Positions 34,826 through 53,335 of a stretch of DNA of 64,000 nucleotides are shown here, piece by piece. Below the pieces are notes generated by a model. That model saw nothing but the letters and a program-made list of their open reading frames with translations. It ran no database searches and was not told the DNA's origin. The stretch is from the NCBI RefSeq assembly GCF_009914755.1, contig NC_060940.1; one strand, 5' to 3'. Position 1 is the stretch's first letter; each line of letters begins with the position of its first letter. The DNA is from the human T2T-CHM13v2.0 reference genome, Homo sapiens. The position numbers were made by a program, and so were the translations under genes.

Positions 34826-35418
34826 AACTTTTCTTCCAAGAAAAGTTGGTTTAATTCACATGAGATGAAAATTAAAATGTGGGTAAGTCTTAGATTGGTT
34901 AACGCAGAGGAAGTAGCACTCAAGCTATTTTGAAGACCAAAGTTCATCATCTAAGCCACAGTCCTCCTCAGAGCTCATGCCCACCAATCTTTAATATTAC
35001 AAATGGAGGAAGGGTAGGGATGGAGATCAAGGATAGTGCTGGCAAGGGTATGAATTGGTCCGACCTTTTTGGAGGGCATTTGGGAATAAGAATCACAACA
35101 CTTGGATATGGGTTACTGTTTGACCCAGGAATTATGTTTTCAGGTAGAGTAATAACAAATGGACTTGCACAGAAATTTTCCTGCAAAGATGTTCAACCCA
35201 CATTGTTAGCATAGCAATGAACAACAAAAAAAGTTTGAGTGGCACTGGCTAAATTATGGTGCAACCATACAATGGGATACCCGTTGGCTGTTAGAAACAC
35301 GTGTTGAAGCCTATTTGTAGACATGAAAAGATGATAAGTATTTAAATTTGAAAAAAAAAACACCATTATATGTACTATGCAATTTCACAATTGTCAGATT
35401 TGGAGATCATAAAATATC

Positions 35419-35420
<2 letters not shown>

Positions 35421-35469
<49 letters not shown>

Positions 35470-35477
35470 ACACACAC
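35421..35477. repeat. (CA)n microsatellite
   Basis: Direct reading. Confidence 0.97.
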
Positions 35478-35587
35478 TCTGGAAGGGTAGATGCTATTAC
35501 TAATCGTCGTTATATTAGGTCTGGCTTTCCAAAAGCAGGTCCTAAGAGAAGGATTCACGTGCAACAGATTTATTTTTTATTAATTAA

Positions 35588-35892
<305 letters not shown>

Positions 35893-36009
35893 ACAACAGA
35901 TTTATTAAGGGAGTGCTTCCAGGAGAAACTGGTAAGGGAGTGGGAGAAACAGGGCAGAAAAGGATAGGAAGCAAAGCCAGCATGCAATTTTAGGCCAAGT
36001 CCGATACAG

Positions 36010-36530
36010 CAGGGGTCCCCAACTGGTCTATGGGACCAATACCTGTCCATGGACTATTAGGAGCTGGGCTGCACAGCAGGAGATGAGTGGTGGGTGAACG
36101 AGTAAAGCTCCATCTGTATTTACAGCCACTTCCCATTGCTTACATTGCTGCTTAAACTCCACCTCCCGTTGGATCAGTGGCAGCATTAGATTCTCATAGG
36201 ATCACAAATCCTACTGTGAACTGCACATGTGAGGGATCTAGGCTGTGAGCTCCTTATGAGAATCTAATGCCTGATGATCTGTCACTGCCTCCCATCACCT
36301 CCAGATGTGATTTTCTAGTGAAGGACAAACAAGCTCAGGGCTCCCACTGATTCTACATTATGGCGAGTTGTACAATTATTTCATTATATATTACAATGTA
36401 GTAATAATAGAAATAAAGTGCACAATAAATGTAATGCACGCGAATCATCCCAAAACCATGCCCCCACCATGCATGGAAAAATTGTCTTCCACAAACGTGG
36501 TCCCTGATGCCAAAAAGGTGGGGACCCCTG
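36010..36530. mobile_element. MER1A-like hAT-Charlie element
   Basis: TIRs caggggtcccca / tggggacccctg and degenerate 8-bp TSD cgatacag / ccatagag. Confidence 0.88.
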
Positions 36531-39364
36531 CCATAGAGGATAACTTCAGCCTGATCTCACAGAGAAATTCTAAGTGTAAATTACACCTTAGGTTTATTCT
36601 AACCCAAGGCAAGGAAGCTGGGCTTTCAAACTCCTTCACTCAGCAGTCATTGGTTAAAGGCCACCCTGGACGGGGATGTAAAAATCCCAGACATGATGAA
36701 TGCAGCTGCTCCAGTAGCCTGAAGGCAGGCCTTCGAGGCAAAGCCACAGGTGCAGGCCATTGGGAGCAAAAGCTTACCAATGTTGAGGAAGAGATGTGAA
36801 GAAATGGTAAAGGGATTTTAGGGGATGTGAGTGGAGCATGCCATTTAGCATTCTTTAAATTTTTGTAGATGAGGAAAATGCATTATTTTTGTAATAACAA
36901 CATGTCATTTAAAAATTACTGTTGAACAAATACCTTTCAAATTCCTCTACAATCTCACATCTATTTCACAGAATTATGTTTGGTATTCTGTGGGGGAAAA
37001 AAGGCTTTTTCTTCTTGGCTGAGTCTGTATATTAAAAATAAAGAAAAAAAGGCTTTTTCTCATAGCCCTGCTTCAGTGACTGTCTTGGCAATATTCTAAT
37101 AAAGCTATGAGGCTTCAAAATCCTTACCCCAGAGACCAACCTATATCATTAAGGGTAATAAATATAGTCAAAACAATCATGACAACAATGACATGTGGAA
37201 CTATCCTGTACATTAATATTGATAATAATAGTGACATGTATTGGAGTGCTGTATGGGCTGGGTCCTGGGTGAAGCACTTTACATGCATTCTCTCATTAAA
37301 TTATCTGAATAATCCTATTAGTTAATTACAGTGATTATGCCCATTTCCCAGATGTGAAAACTAAGGGCCAAAAAACGTTAAGTAATTTGCTCCAGCAAAA
37401 CCAATAAAAGGCAGAGTCTGGACTCAGCTCAGGTTTGCCTTGTGCCAAAGCTCATGTTTGAAATCTCTGCACTGTGATATATCCCAATCCATGTGCTTCT
37501 CTTATATTTTAAGGAACATTAAGTCTTGAATTCTGATCATGGGCCAGTTCTTCTGTTATATTGTACTCCTTTTTACATGTAATCCTGAGAATATTTTTCT
37601 GCTGGTTTTCCCAGCCTTATTGGACAATTCATTTGAACTTCTTTCTATTTATAATCTCATAGGAAAAGGGCTGATGTATTTGTAAAATTATAAGCAAAAA
37701 CCCGTCATTGTCCATGGAGAATACCTGCCCCAGTGCAGGCTGTGTTGAACATTTTATAATATTCAAACTTCAATCACTGCATTCCCCAAATGATAGCTTT
37801 CTCTGATCTAAGGGGAAACCTTACCTTTTTGTCTGCTGCAAATATACGTGTTAAAATGGACAGAGGCCAACAGGTATATTATAATGTGAGAAAAGCACTT
37901 TCTAGGACAGTAGAATAAGGTTGATAATTTTAGAAATTGCCAAATAGGATAGATGGGTGGCTTCTTTCTTTTCCTTAACTGCTTTCTTTTCATCTTCAGC
38001 TTCAGTCTAAATTCCTGGTATAGAACTCTACATGACACAGGTTGAAAGAAATAGAAACAAGCATATAGTTTAAAAGAAATAGGATTTCTTCCCAGGTTAA
38101 ATTTCTAGCTAAGGATTAATTTGCTTGCACCAGACTCATAACTTTCCAGATTTCTGTTTGCTTATGTATGAGGGGGAAAAAAAGCTCAGCTAGGCTGAAT
38201 ATAGCGATTAGTTAAATTGCTCAGACATTCATTATTGAAAAACCTCAATTCCACTTGAAGTTGGGGTTTGTTTAGCACTCACTGACAATAACTTTCTGCT
38301 TGACTGATGGCTACTAATTTTGATAGTGGTATGGGAATGTCAGTCACAAATAGAAATAGACACACAGACTCTAGGACCCATTAAGCTGGTTACCATGCTC
38401 ACATCCCCAAATGTGTGTTGTTTCAAAATATAGGCTAAAGAGATTTAATTACATTCTGGGATAGGAAACATTTACGTTTCAAGTTTGCACTGGTTGGGGG
38501 ATGCTAACAGAGAAAAGAAGAGTAATGAAGCAGAGAGATCTCGGGGAATCAGGAGAGCATCACACCTGCTGACAGGTGCAAAGAACAGACCTAACATCTG
38601 TGAAGGAAAAGTCGAGTACTTCAGGAACAAGGTGGTGGGAAATTAAAGCACCAAGAGATGTTAAGCTGCTCCAGGAAACAGGCTGGGAGACTGATTGTTT
38701 GTCTCAATCAAGAGATGGCTGCACCTAAAAATAAGGATAGAGCCCATCAGACTTTCTTTTCTCCCTCTTCTTTCAGCCCATTGGCCTTGATTTGGTCTTA
38801 AGGCATGAAAGGAAGCCTCACGGAGCCCAGCTACATTTTCATGCCGTGAAAATGAGCACTTAAAATGTAAACAGTTCTCCCAACTGCATGTGCTGAAGGC
38901 AAATGGATTCGGAAGAACTTCACCCACTGTTCTCAGGGAATGGTTGCTCTGTGGGGTGTCTCTGAGACCCACAAGGCTAAGGTTCTCATTGTGTTTGTTT
39001 ATTTTATTTTAGTTTTCAGATAAGCAAACCAAGGCTTAGAGAGGACAGAGAGCTTGGGTTGGCAGTCCGGTGCCACGCTTAAACAAATAGGCTCAAATTC
39101 TGGATCTGCCGCTTCTCAAATCACTGGGTGATTTGAGCAAATTTCAGTCTCCCTGAGCCTCTGCTTCTTCTATGAAGTGGGAAGAAAAGACTATTGATGA
39201 CTTAGCATCAACTATTAGGACTAGCGGGAAGGAGGCATGTAAAAGGTACTACATGTATTTAATGCAGATTTATTGAGCACTCACTATGTCCCAGGCAATG
39301 TTCTAGTTGCTGTATAACCTGGCTTTTTTCTGTTGTGGAATTTCTTTTTATTCTTATTTTTTGA

Positions 39365-39682
39365 TTAAAAAATTATTTTTATATTTTGTGGGTACATAGG
39401 TGTATATATTTATGGAGTACACAAGATGTTTTGATACAGGCATGCAATGTGTGAAAATCACATGATGGAGAATGGGGTATCCATCCCCTCAAGCATTGAT
39501 CCTTCCTGTTACAAACAATCCAGTTATACTCTTTTAGTTATTTTAAAAAGTACAATTAAGTTATTATTGACTATAGTCACCCTGTTGTGTTATCAAAGAG
39601 TAGGTTTTATTCATTCTTTTTTGGGGGGGTACCCATTAACCATGCCCCCGCACACAACCCTTCCCAGCCTCTGGTAACCATT
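39365..39682 (-). mobile_element. L1MA-like 3' end
   Basis: Same family motif as 18678-18930. Confidence 0.85.
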
Positions 39683-40049
<367 letters not shown>

Positions 40050-40091
40050 TAACCTTGCTTTTTCCCATTGGGTGAGAGATACAGCTAATAG

Positions 40092-40838
<747 letters not shown>

Positions 40839-42060
40839 CAGGTACTGTTTTTATCCCTATTGTGTCGATAAGGAAACTGAGGCTTAAAGAGAGACATTGA
40901 GTCATTTGCCCAAGGTCGCACCTCTAGCAGGTGTGGGGCTGGGATTCATTCCATTGTCCCTTACAACAAATAATTATTGAACATCTACTGGGCCACACAC
41001 TGCACTAGAAACAGAGAAGGCAACAATGAGTAAATAGGTAGGACAAGCTTTCTGTCCTAATGGCACTTACATTCCAGTGGAGACACCTGCACCAATTCCT
41101 GGTGCAACTAAGACTTTGTTCGGATGGTGGCGGTGTGTGAGGGCTAAGGGTGAGGATCTGACCTGGTTGGGAGGAGTGACATTTAAACTGAGATCTGCAA
41201 GGTGGGGTGTGTGAAGAATGCTCCAGGCTAGAGGCCATTTTCACAGTGTCCTCACTCCTCATGCCTGTCCCTCCTGCCTATTCAACAACAGCATTGGCTC
41301 CAACCCTGGTTGGTGGTAACTTCCATTCTCTGCTTTGCCAATTTGTCTGACAGCCCTGGGTCCTGACAGATGTGTTTTCTCTGTAAGAGGGATTTTGACA
41401 TCATTTCCTAGAATCTTTTTCTTGACCAAAGGCTTGTGATTGGCCCTTGGCAAATTGTAAGACTAATGACATTTGTGTGTGTGTGTGGGTGTCTTGTAGC
41501 TGTAAAAATCCCATCTTCAATTACATCTCTTCACTATGCCAATTCTCTATCCTTATTCAGTGGGCAAGCAAAGATGGTTGTTTTGAGTGACAGGAAGAAA
41601 AACTGGTGAACTCTTGGCGTGAAACCTGAATAACCCTCTTCCCTGCTTAACCACAAACAGAGAAACCCACTTAGCATCATGGCCGGGGGACAACTGAGTT
41701 GTCAAACATGTGCAGGAGAATTAATGAGACCGTTTTTATGTTTTTCCTTGGGGAAGAGGAAGGACAGGCAGCATTCTCAGACCTGGAGGACTTTGAATTA
41801 AAAATGAAAGAGGCGTGAGAATTCTTTTCAGTTTTTTCCCATTCAATCCTATTACACATTTTATGACCCTTGGCTTGGGGGCCCAATTTTAAGCTTGCCT
41901 TGGCTAAGAACTAGGGACTCAAGAAATTAAAGACTTCTCTTCCCCATCCTCCCAGGGGCTCTTAATTTGGTGCAGGAAATAGGTACGTTTAAATAAGCCA
42001 CTTTAATACAAAGTAAACTGTGCTTAGGACTCAGCACAGTGCCTGCCCCATCGTGGGCAC

Positions 42061-42521
42061 TGTATTAGCCGCACCTCTTCAGAGAACCAGAAGAAATGAA
42101 ATTTATAAAAGAAAAAAGTGTAGGAAGAAATGTATTGTAAGGATTGGCTTACCTGATTATGAGGGATGAGAAGTCCCATGATATACCATCTGCAAGCCAA
42201 AGAACCAGGAAAGCCAGTGGTGTGGTTCCAGTCCGAGTCTCAAGTCCCAAGAACCAGGGGTGCTTATGTCTGAGGGCAGGAGAAGATGGATGCCCCAGCT
42301 CAAGCAGAGAGAGCAAATTCACTCTTCCTCTGTCTTTTTGTTCTCAACAGATCGGATACTACCCACCCACATTGGTGATAGTAATCATCTTTGCTCAGTC
42401 TACTGATTCAAATGCTAATCTCTTCCAGAAACACTGTCACGGACACATCCAGAAATAATGTTTTACCAGCTATCTGGGCACCACTTGGCCTGATCAAGTT
42501 GACACATAAAATTAACCATCA
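42061..42521. mobile_element. MLT2-like ERVL LTR
   Basis: tgtattag...gagaagtcccatgatataccatctgcaagc...caagttgacacataaaattaaccatca. Confidence 0.85.
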
Positions 42522-42567
42522 TAGGCACTTAATAAAGTTGTGTGGAATGATTGAATGTTTGCAGGAA

Positions 42568-42642
42568 TGGATGGATGGATGGATGGGTGGATGGATGGAT
42601 GGATGGATGGATGGATGGATGGATGAAGGAATGAATGAATGA
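42568..42642. repeat. (GGAT)n/(GAAT)n microsatellite
   Basis: Direct reading. Confidence 0.95.
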
Positions 42643-42877
42643 AGGTCCATGAGAAAGTGCCAGACACTTGGGTGTGTTTTTAGTGAAGTATATTGTTAGG
42701 AGTTTTACGGAGAATTGGGGGTTGATGTATGCAGGACTTCACTGAGTGAAAGAGAAGATAAAAAAAGAGATAAGGGGTCATGGAAAAACCTTAAGACTCA
42801 GATTTGGGGGCCCAATTTTAAGCTTGCCTGCATCCCCACTTCCCTTAGAATACTGTGGTGGGTAGGGCAACATTCTG

Positions 42878-43372
<495 letters not shown>

Positions 43373-43420
43373 CAGCCAATTGGCTTAGAACAAGGACTCT
43401 GGATTCAAACAACTTGAGCT

Positions 43421-43543
43421 TAGGGTTGCCAGGTAAAATACGCTCAGTTAAAGTTGCATTTCACAGAAACAACAAATAATTTTTTAGTATAAGTTCCATG
43501 TCAGAGGCATCCTGTATTTTTACTTGCTATGTCTGGCAACCCT
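43421..43543. mobile_element. MER53-like MITE with internal deletion
   Basis: TIRs agggttgccag / ctggcaaccct. Confidence 0.8.
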
Positions 43544-44151
43544 GTTGGGTTTAACTCTCAGTGCTGTTACTCTGGAGCCATGCTGTTTAAGGCCCATCAT
43601 TTGGCTCTCCGAGTTTCAGTATCCCCCACTTACAAAATGGGGGTGGTAACAATACCAGCTGTCTCCTAAAGTAATTATGACGATCAAGTAATCGTATAAA
43701 GGATTTCACACAGAGCCTTGCCTGTAGCAAGCACGCAGGAAATGTCAGCTGTTATTATTCACCATTATCCTCAGGTGAGTAACTTTTGGGGTGAAAAAAG
43801 CATTATACAGAGTGTTTTTTTTTTGAAAGGATTTTATGATTCAGCCTTTTAAATTTTAAACTAGGGAACATTTCTCCTCTTTGAAAAGGTCCTTGAAGCT
43901 GCCCTCTCTCATTTCTTTAATAGTAGATTATAAAGAATGGATTGGTTGATTGCATCTAAAATCTCCTCTTCCAACAACTCCCAACCCCACTCAGGGCCAG
44001 ATTTGACTGATCTCTGGGTGGTGTATCTGGGTGTTAAATTTCTGAGGGGCCAGTAAAGGCAGGTCGCTGGGGGTAGGGCTGAGTCCTGCCTCTAGGAAAT
44101 AGGCACAGCTCCTTTCAAACTGCTGCTTGCTATGAACAAAAACAGAATGAG

Positions 44152-44661
44152 GGTCAGGCGTGGTAGCCAGTAATCTGTAATCCCAGCATTTTGGGATACT
44201 GAGGCAGAAGGATCATTTAAGGCCAGAAGTTCGAGATCTGTCTGGGCAGCATAGCGAGACCCTCTCTCTACAAATTAAAAATTAACCAGGCATGGTGGGG
44301 TGCACCTGCAGTCCCAGCTACTTGGGGGGCTGAGGTGGGAGGATCGCTTGAGCCTAGGAGTTTGAGACCAGCCAGGGCAACATAAGGAGACTCCATGTCT
44401 ACAAAAAAATAAAAAGTCAAGCCACACATGGTAATGCATGCCAGTACTCCCACCTACTCAGGAGGCTGAGGCAGGAGGATCACTTGAGCCCAGGAGTTCG
44501 AGGCTACACTGAGCTATGATCATGCAGATTGCAGCTGCACATCAGCGTAGGTGACAGAGTGAGACCCTCTCTTTAAAAAACCAAAAACAACAACAACAAC
44601 AAAAACAAACAGAATGAGAGGGAGAGGGAGAGGGAGAGGGAGAGGGAGAGGGAGAGGGAGA
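44152..44661 (+). mobile_element. Trimeric AluJ-like element followed by (GAGAGG)n
   Basis: Three monomers between the TSD aaacagaatgag at 44140-51 and 44607-18. Confidence 0.85.
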
Positions 44662-45050
44662 ATGCTTTTTAATATAGAATCAATTCAGGGCTGATTCTAT
44701 CCTTTGGAATTAAATTTTTCCCCTCAATATTTCAAACTTATGTCCATTTTGAGGTTTGGGATCCCCATTTCCCCTGCACTTCATGGAATGCCAGCCCATT
44801 CTGGAAGTTGGAGAGCCAGTGAGGGTCAGTGTGAAATGTTCATGGGCAGGCTGAGCTGTGCTGGGGGCTAAGCGTTGGTCTGAAATGCCTGAACATTTCT
44901 TTATAAAGTTGACCACATCAGTATCTTTCAACCTGTAGGTTGTGACCTGTAAATGGATCATGAAATCAATTTGAAGGGTCATAAGTAGTATTCTTGTTTT
45001 TCAAAAAGAAATAGAATGCAACACAATGGAATTGAAACTGTCAGGATGCA

Positions 45051-45373
<323 letters not shown>

Positions 45374-45569
45374 TCAGGATACATTGCAGTGCACATAGTA
45401 AGGGTAAATGTTGTAAACTTTTGATACATATGATATGTATGATAAATATGTAACATACACTATTTACAGGTGTAATAGGTCATGGAATATGGTCAAAAGA
45501 ACGTGGAAGTCATGAGAGCAGGTAATAGCTAAGGCCCCTTGCAATTTTGCAATATGGTGTCAGTAAGAT

Positions 45570-45792
45570 GGTGGTTTTTAAGCAGGGGCAATTTTGCTTT
45601 TCAAGGGAGATTTGGCAACATCTGGAGACGTTTTTGATAGTCACGACTTTGTGGAGAAATCGTGTGCTACCGGCGTCTAATGGGTAGAGGCCAGGGGTGC
45701 TGCTAAGTGTCTTGCATTGCACAGGACAGTCCCCCACCACAGGGAATTACCCGGCCCCAAATGTCAATAGTGTGGACGTTGAGAAACCCTGC
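45570..45792. mobile_element. MER20
   Basis: ggggcaattttgc...tttggcaacatctggagac...ccccaaatgtcaatagtg...gttgagaaaccctg. Confidence 0.88.
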
Positions 45793-46109
45793 TCTAAGGG
45801 TACGTGTGGATAGAATCACTTACCAGTAGTAGCCTTATTACTACTAACTAGGATTTACGGAGCACTTACTATATGCAGGCATGCTTCTAAGTGCTCACAT
45901 TGATGAACTCTTTTAATACTTACAACAGGTGGGAGATAAAAGTGTGTTTCCTTCCCCCTTTTCAGATGAGGAAACTGAGGCATAGGATGATCAAGGGTTG
46001 CCCAAAGTTACAAAGTTAGCAGAATTAGGATTCCAGTGCAGGAATTCTGGCTTTAATTCCTTGAATCAGCGTTTTATGCTTCCATAGCACTTCAGTCTCC
46101 AAAGCCTTT

Positions 46110-46585
46110 TTTTTTCCTGTAGCAAAACACATGTAAAATTTGCCATTTCAACCATTTAAAAATGTGCGATTCAATGGCATTAAGTATATTCACAATGTCG
46201 TGCAAACCCGTTCAACACCACCATCAATTTCAAAATTTTTGCCACCCCAAACGGAAGCCCTGAACCAGTTAAGCAGTCATTCCACACATTCTTTCCTCTC
46301 CTCGGCCCCTGGTAACCTCCCATCTTTTCTCTGTGTCTATGAATTTGCCGATTCTAGATATTTCATATGAATGAAGTTATGTGATCTGTGGTCTTTTGTA
46401 TCTGGCTTCTTTCTCTTAGCATAATGTTTTCAAGGTTTCTACATGACGTAGCCTGTGTCATAATTTCATTCCGTTTTATGGCTGATTTATATTCCATTGT
46501 ATGGATAGATCACATTTTGTTTATCCATGTGTCTGTTGATGGACACTTTGTTTGCTTCCACATTTTAGCTATTGTGAATAAAACT
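46110..46585 (-). mobile_element. L1MB-like 3' fragment
   Basis: aaaatttgccatttcaacc...cattttagctattgtgaata. Confidence 0.85.
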
Positions 46586-47611
46586 GATGTGAGCCCAAAG
46601 CTTTTTTTTTTTATACTGAAGGTGGAGAAGGATTGTATCACTGAGGACAGGGGAGAAATCCAGATTGTTTTGGTGACAGACACTGTTCTTAGTCATCTCA
46701 CATATATTATCTCATTTGATCTTCACAGTAACCCCACGAAGCTCCCCCATTTTTACAGATGTGAAGAACAGAGAGGGTGAGTCTCCTGCCCAGGGTCACA
46801 CAGCAAATCAGGGCACATTACTCTTTGTCACGAAGAGGAGAAGTGTGTGTATATTATGCAGCAGAACTCTGAGCAGTGGCTGCCTTCTAGAACAGGAGCT
46901 GAACTTCTGATTTGCACAGAAATCTAGATAGGCAAAATTCCCTCAATACTCATATTGCACTATTTCTAGGTGCTGTATTTAGACATGTATGAAGAAGCCT
47001 CAATTGAGAATAAAGATAGTTCTCCTTGTGCAAGAAAAAAAAAACTACTTTTAATCTCTGAGATTCAGTGCCATGACTTTCACTCATTCTTGATTTGTTG
47101 AGGCTTCCTTCACAGTCAATTTATTCCCTCCGTCTGCATTGATGAAGAACTTACTATGTGCAAGGCACTGCTCCAGACATGCAATATGGCAGTGAACAGG
47201 ACAGACCAAGTCCCTGTCCATGTGGAGTTTATGTTCTAGTGGGGGAGACAGGTAATAAACCAGTGAGCAAACACACAAGTGGTCCAGACAGAGGTGAGGG
47301 TTAAGTATTGCACCTTCCTCTTGAAACATATCTGTTGGCTCTAACGACGTCCACAAGGAGATACTGAACCCTGAGGCTGGAGGGTAAACTCAGCTTCCCA
47401 CCCTCAACTCACTCTGTTCCCAGGAATGACCAAGTGTTTATCATGATGAATTGAGCGTAACATCTTCCCATCATCCTTGGGGTCCCTATTACAGACAGAG
47501 ACAGAGCTGAAAGCTAGATTCATTCATATCTGACTTTTTCCACTCACTTTTTTTTCTCTGGAGTGGAGTCTATTTAGGAAAACACCTTCAGGGGTCAAGG
47601 TGATCTCCTAT

Positions 47612-47925
47612 ATCAGAAATCAGCAGACTTTTTCGGTAATGAGCCAGACAGTACATAGTTTAGTCTCTGGGTCACACGGTGTCTGTGGCGCCTTCTCAAC
47701 TCTGTTATTCTAACACGAAAGCAGCCAGAGACTATCAGTAAATGAATGGATGTGTTTGTGTTCCAATTAAACTTTATGAACCCTGAAATGAAATTTCATA
47801 TAGTTTTTACCTGTCAGAAAATATTCTTAATAATTTTTTCCCAGCTATTTAAAAATGTAGGAAAACATCCTTAGCTAGCAGGAGGAGGGCTGGACTTGAC
47901 CTACAGGCCATAGATCATCGACTGT
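47612..47925. mobile_element. MER58B-like MITE
   Basis: cagcagactttttcggtaatgagccagacag...ttccaattaaactttatg...ggacttgacctacaggccatag. Confidence 0.75.
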
Positions 47926-48521
47926 GCCTGTATCATTCCTCATCAATGGTCCTCTGGCATCTGAATCTTTCCTTTTTTAACTCCAGCCAACAGACTGCAT
48001 CCTAAGGCAGATTATTCTGCTTTCAGAAAGGTGCTGTTTTTAGAAAGCATCAATCATGTATTGAGTCAAAATATGCCTTCTTGTATCATTCATCCAACAA
48101 ACACTTTGTAAAGAAATTTAAACATTTCAACTTTATAGGATGGAAGTTTGGGGATATACATAAAGTTAGAGAGAACAGTGTAATGACCCTCTAGGTGCCC
48201 ATCACCCAGTACTGACCATTATCAGCGCGTGGCCAATCTTGTCTCATCTCCACCTGCCACCCTGCATAGATTCTTTGAAAGGAAATCTCAGATCTCATAT
48301 TACTCTATCAGCAAATACTTCCATACACATCTCTGAGGGATAAGGACTAAAACATTTTAAGGTGACCTGATTTTAAAATTAACAGTAATTCCTTAAAATC
48401 ATTAATGTTCAGCCAGTGTCTAAACTTCCCTGACTTATGTTCTTTGATTGTTAATTTCTTTCAACCCAGATCAAAATAAGATCTGGGCATTGCATTTAGT
48501 CAGTAAATCTCTTAAGTCTTC

Positions 48522-50602
<2,081 letters not shown>

Positions 50603-50725
50603 TAAATCTCTTAATCTGTTAGAGGTCCCTCTTTCTCATGGATTTCTGCCATTTATAACAAACATCTGTTGAGTGTCTACTGTATCCCTGAGCCTACTCT
50701 TTAGAGAGATACAGTAAATAATACT

Positions 50726-51032
50726 ATTTTTCTTTCTTTCTTGTTTTTTGAGACACGGTCTTCCTCTGTTGCCCAGGTTGGAGTGCAGTGGTAAAATCAT
50801 GGCTCACTAACAGCCTTGACCTCCCAGGCTCAAGTGATCCTCCTACCTCAGCCTCCTGAATAGCTCGGATTACAGTCACGTGCCATCACGCCTGGCTAAT
50901 TTTTGTTTTTTTTGTAGAGACGGGGTCTCACTATGTTGCCCAGCCTGGTCTTGAATGCCTAGGCTCAAGCGGTCTGCCTGCCTCAGTCTCCCAAAGTGCT
51001 GGGATCACAGGCGTGAGCCATCACGTTTGGCC
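50726..51032 (-). mobile_element. Alu (AluJ-like)
   Basis: Antisense dimer with J diagnostics. Confidence 0.92.
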
Positions 51033-52494
51033 TATTTATCTTTCTTTATGGCGTGTTTTTTAGGTGGTTCACACACCGTGAGGTTCCTTCCCTGACATCT
51101 AGTTTAAACAATCTCTGTTCTTCCACACAGTCTGAGTGTGTGAAAATTCCTCTTAAGGGACTGTGATACAGAGAACTGTACTTAGAAATGCAATGCGATT
51201 TGCTTAGGGTGGTTCAGGATGTTATGTGAACCTCTGTTTTTTATCTTCCCAGGATCCTTCAACATCTCTGGACAAAGTCATCCCAGCTTTAATTGGGAGC
51301 ACCATCTTCCTTCAGTTTCTAGATTATGTGACTTTGTTGTGTCTGTGACTGACCTCACTCCATGACAACAGGGCAGTCACATGTCTTTGGCTGGCCAATC
51401 AGGGAACACCATTGCCCTGGCCCCAAGAGACTGGTTCAGTGATGGGCACTTGGCTCAAGCTGGATCATTGTAGAAATCCCTGGGCTGTCAATCACTCCTC
51501 AACAGGTTGCTGGGTAAGCACAACATCAGAGTAAAGGGAATTAGGTGATCCTCAAAGATGTTCACTCATGCTGGAAAGACAAGACAAGTTGGCAGCAAAT
51601 TCTTCTAAAGGGACACATATCTAGTTTTGTGAGAGAGGCAGTGTTTCTCATTTGGGGACATTTTGGAGACTCTTGGAAAAACCCTGGCAATATCAATGCT
51701 TTTGCTCAGCTTTTTGAGTGGTGCATGGAGACACATGGCCTCAGTGTATCAGTTGGCCGGGCTACTGGCAAGGAATTGGGATTGGCTTTCAGCTTGTTGC
51801 ATGTGCCCTGCTTAGCTTTCTAAGCTTGAACCTGATCCTTCCTTACCTATCCAACTGCTACTGTCACTCTTTCCTCCCTTAAATAGAACTCATCTCTCTG
51901 CTTTATCAAATCCACAACCCTGCGAATCCCTGATCAGCTTTGTTTTCTTCACTGAGAGCTTTCTGGCTTCTTCGGTCTTCTAACCAGATTGCAATTAAAG
52001 ACAGAAATCATGGCAAATACTTATTTCTTACTGTTTCCTGTTTCTACCCTGGTCTTTCCAACCACATTTTAGGGGCTGTATATCAGATGTGCCTCTTGTT
52101 TATATAGAGAGTCCGGTAGTCATTTGATAAATGTCTGTTGCGTGCTGAGATTCGAGATGGACAAGGTCCCTGCCTTCGTGAAGGTTGCAATATAGTGGGT
52201 GGGAAAATACAATAAACAAGTAAATAGATACTATGTAAGGATGAAAACAAGAACAAGATCAGATAATGGGCAATGGGAAGAGAGGAAACCCTAATAAGGT
52301 AGCCAAAGGAGGCTTCTTTGAAAAGATGGCATTTGAGTAGACACTTGAATGGACTGACTGGCTTCTCTCCCTCTTTTTGGTGTTAGCTTGGTGGCTTGTG
52401 ATAAAAACAATGGACAGTAGAATTTTTAACTTCCTTGCTTTCTGTGCTTTTTTGCCAAATCTCTTCCAAATTGCCTGAAATGATCCAACAGACC

Positions 52495-53335
<841 letters not shown>

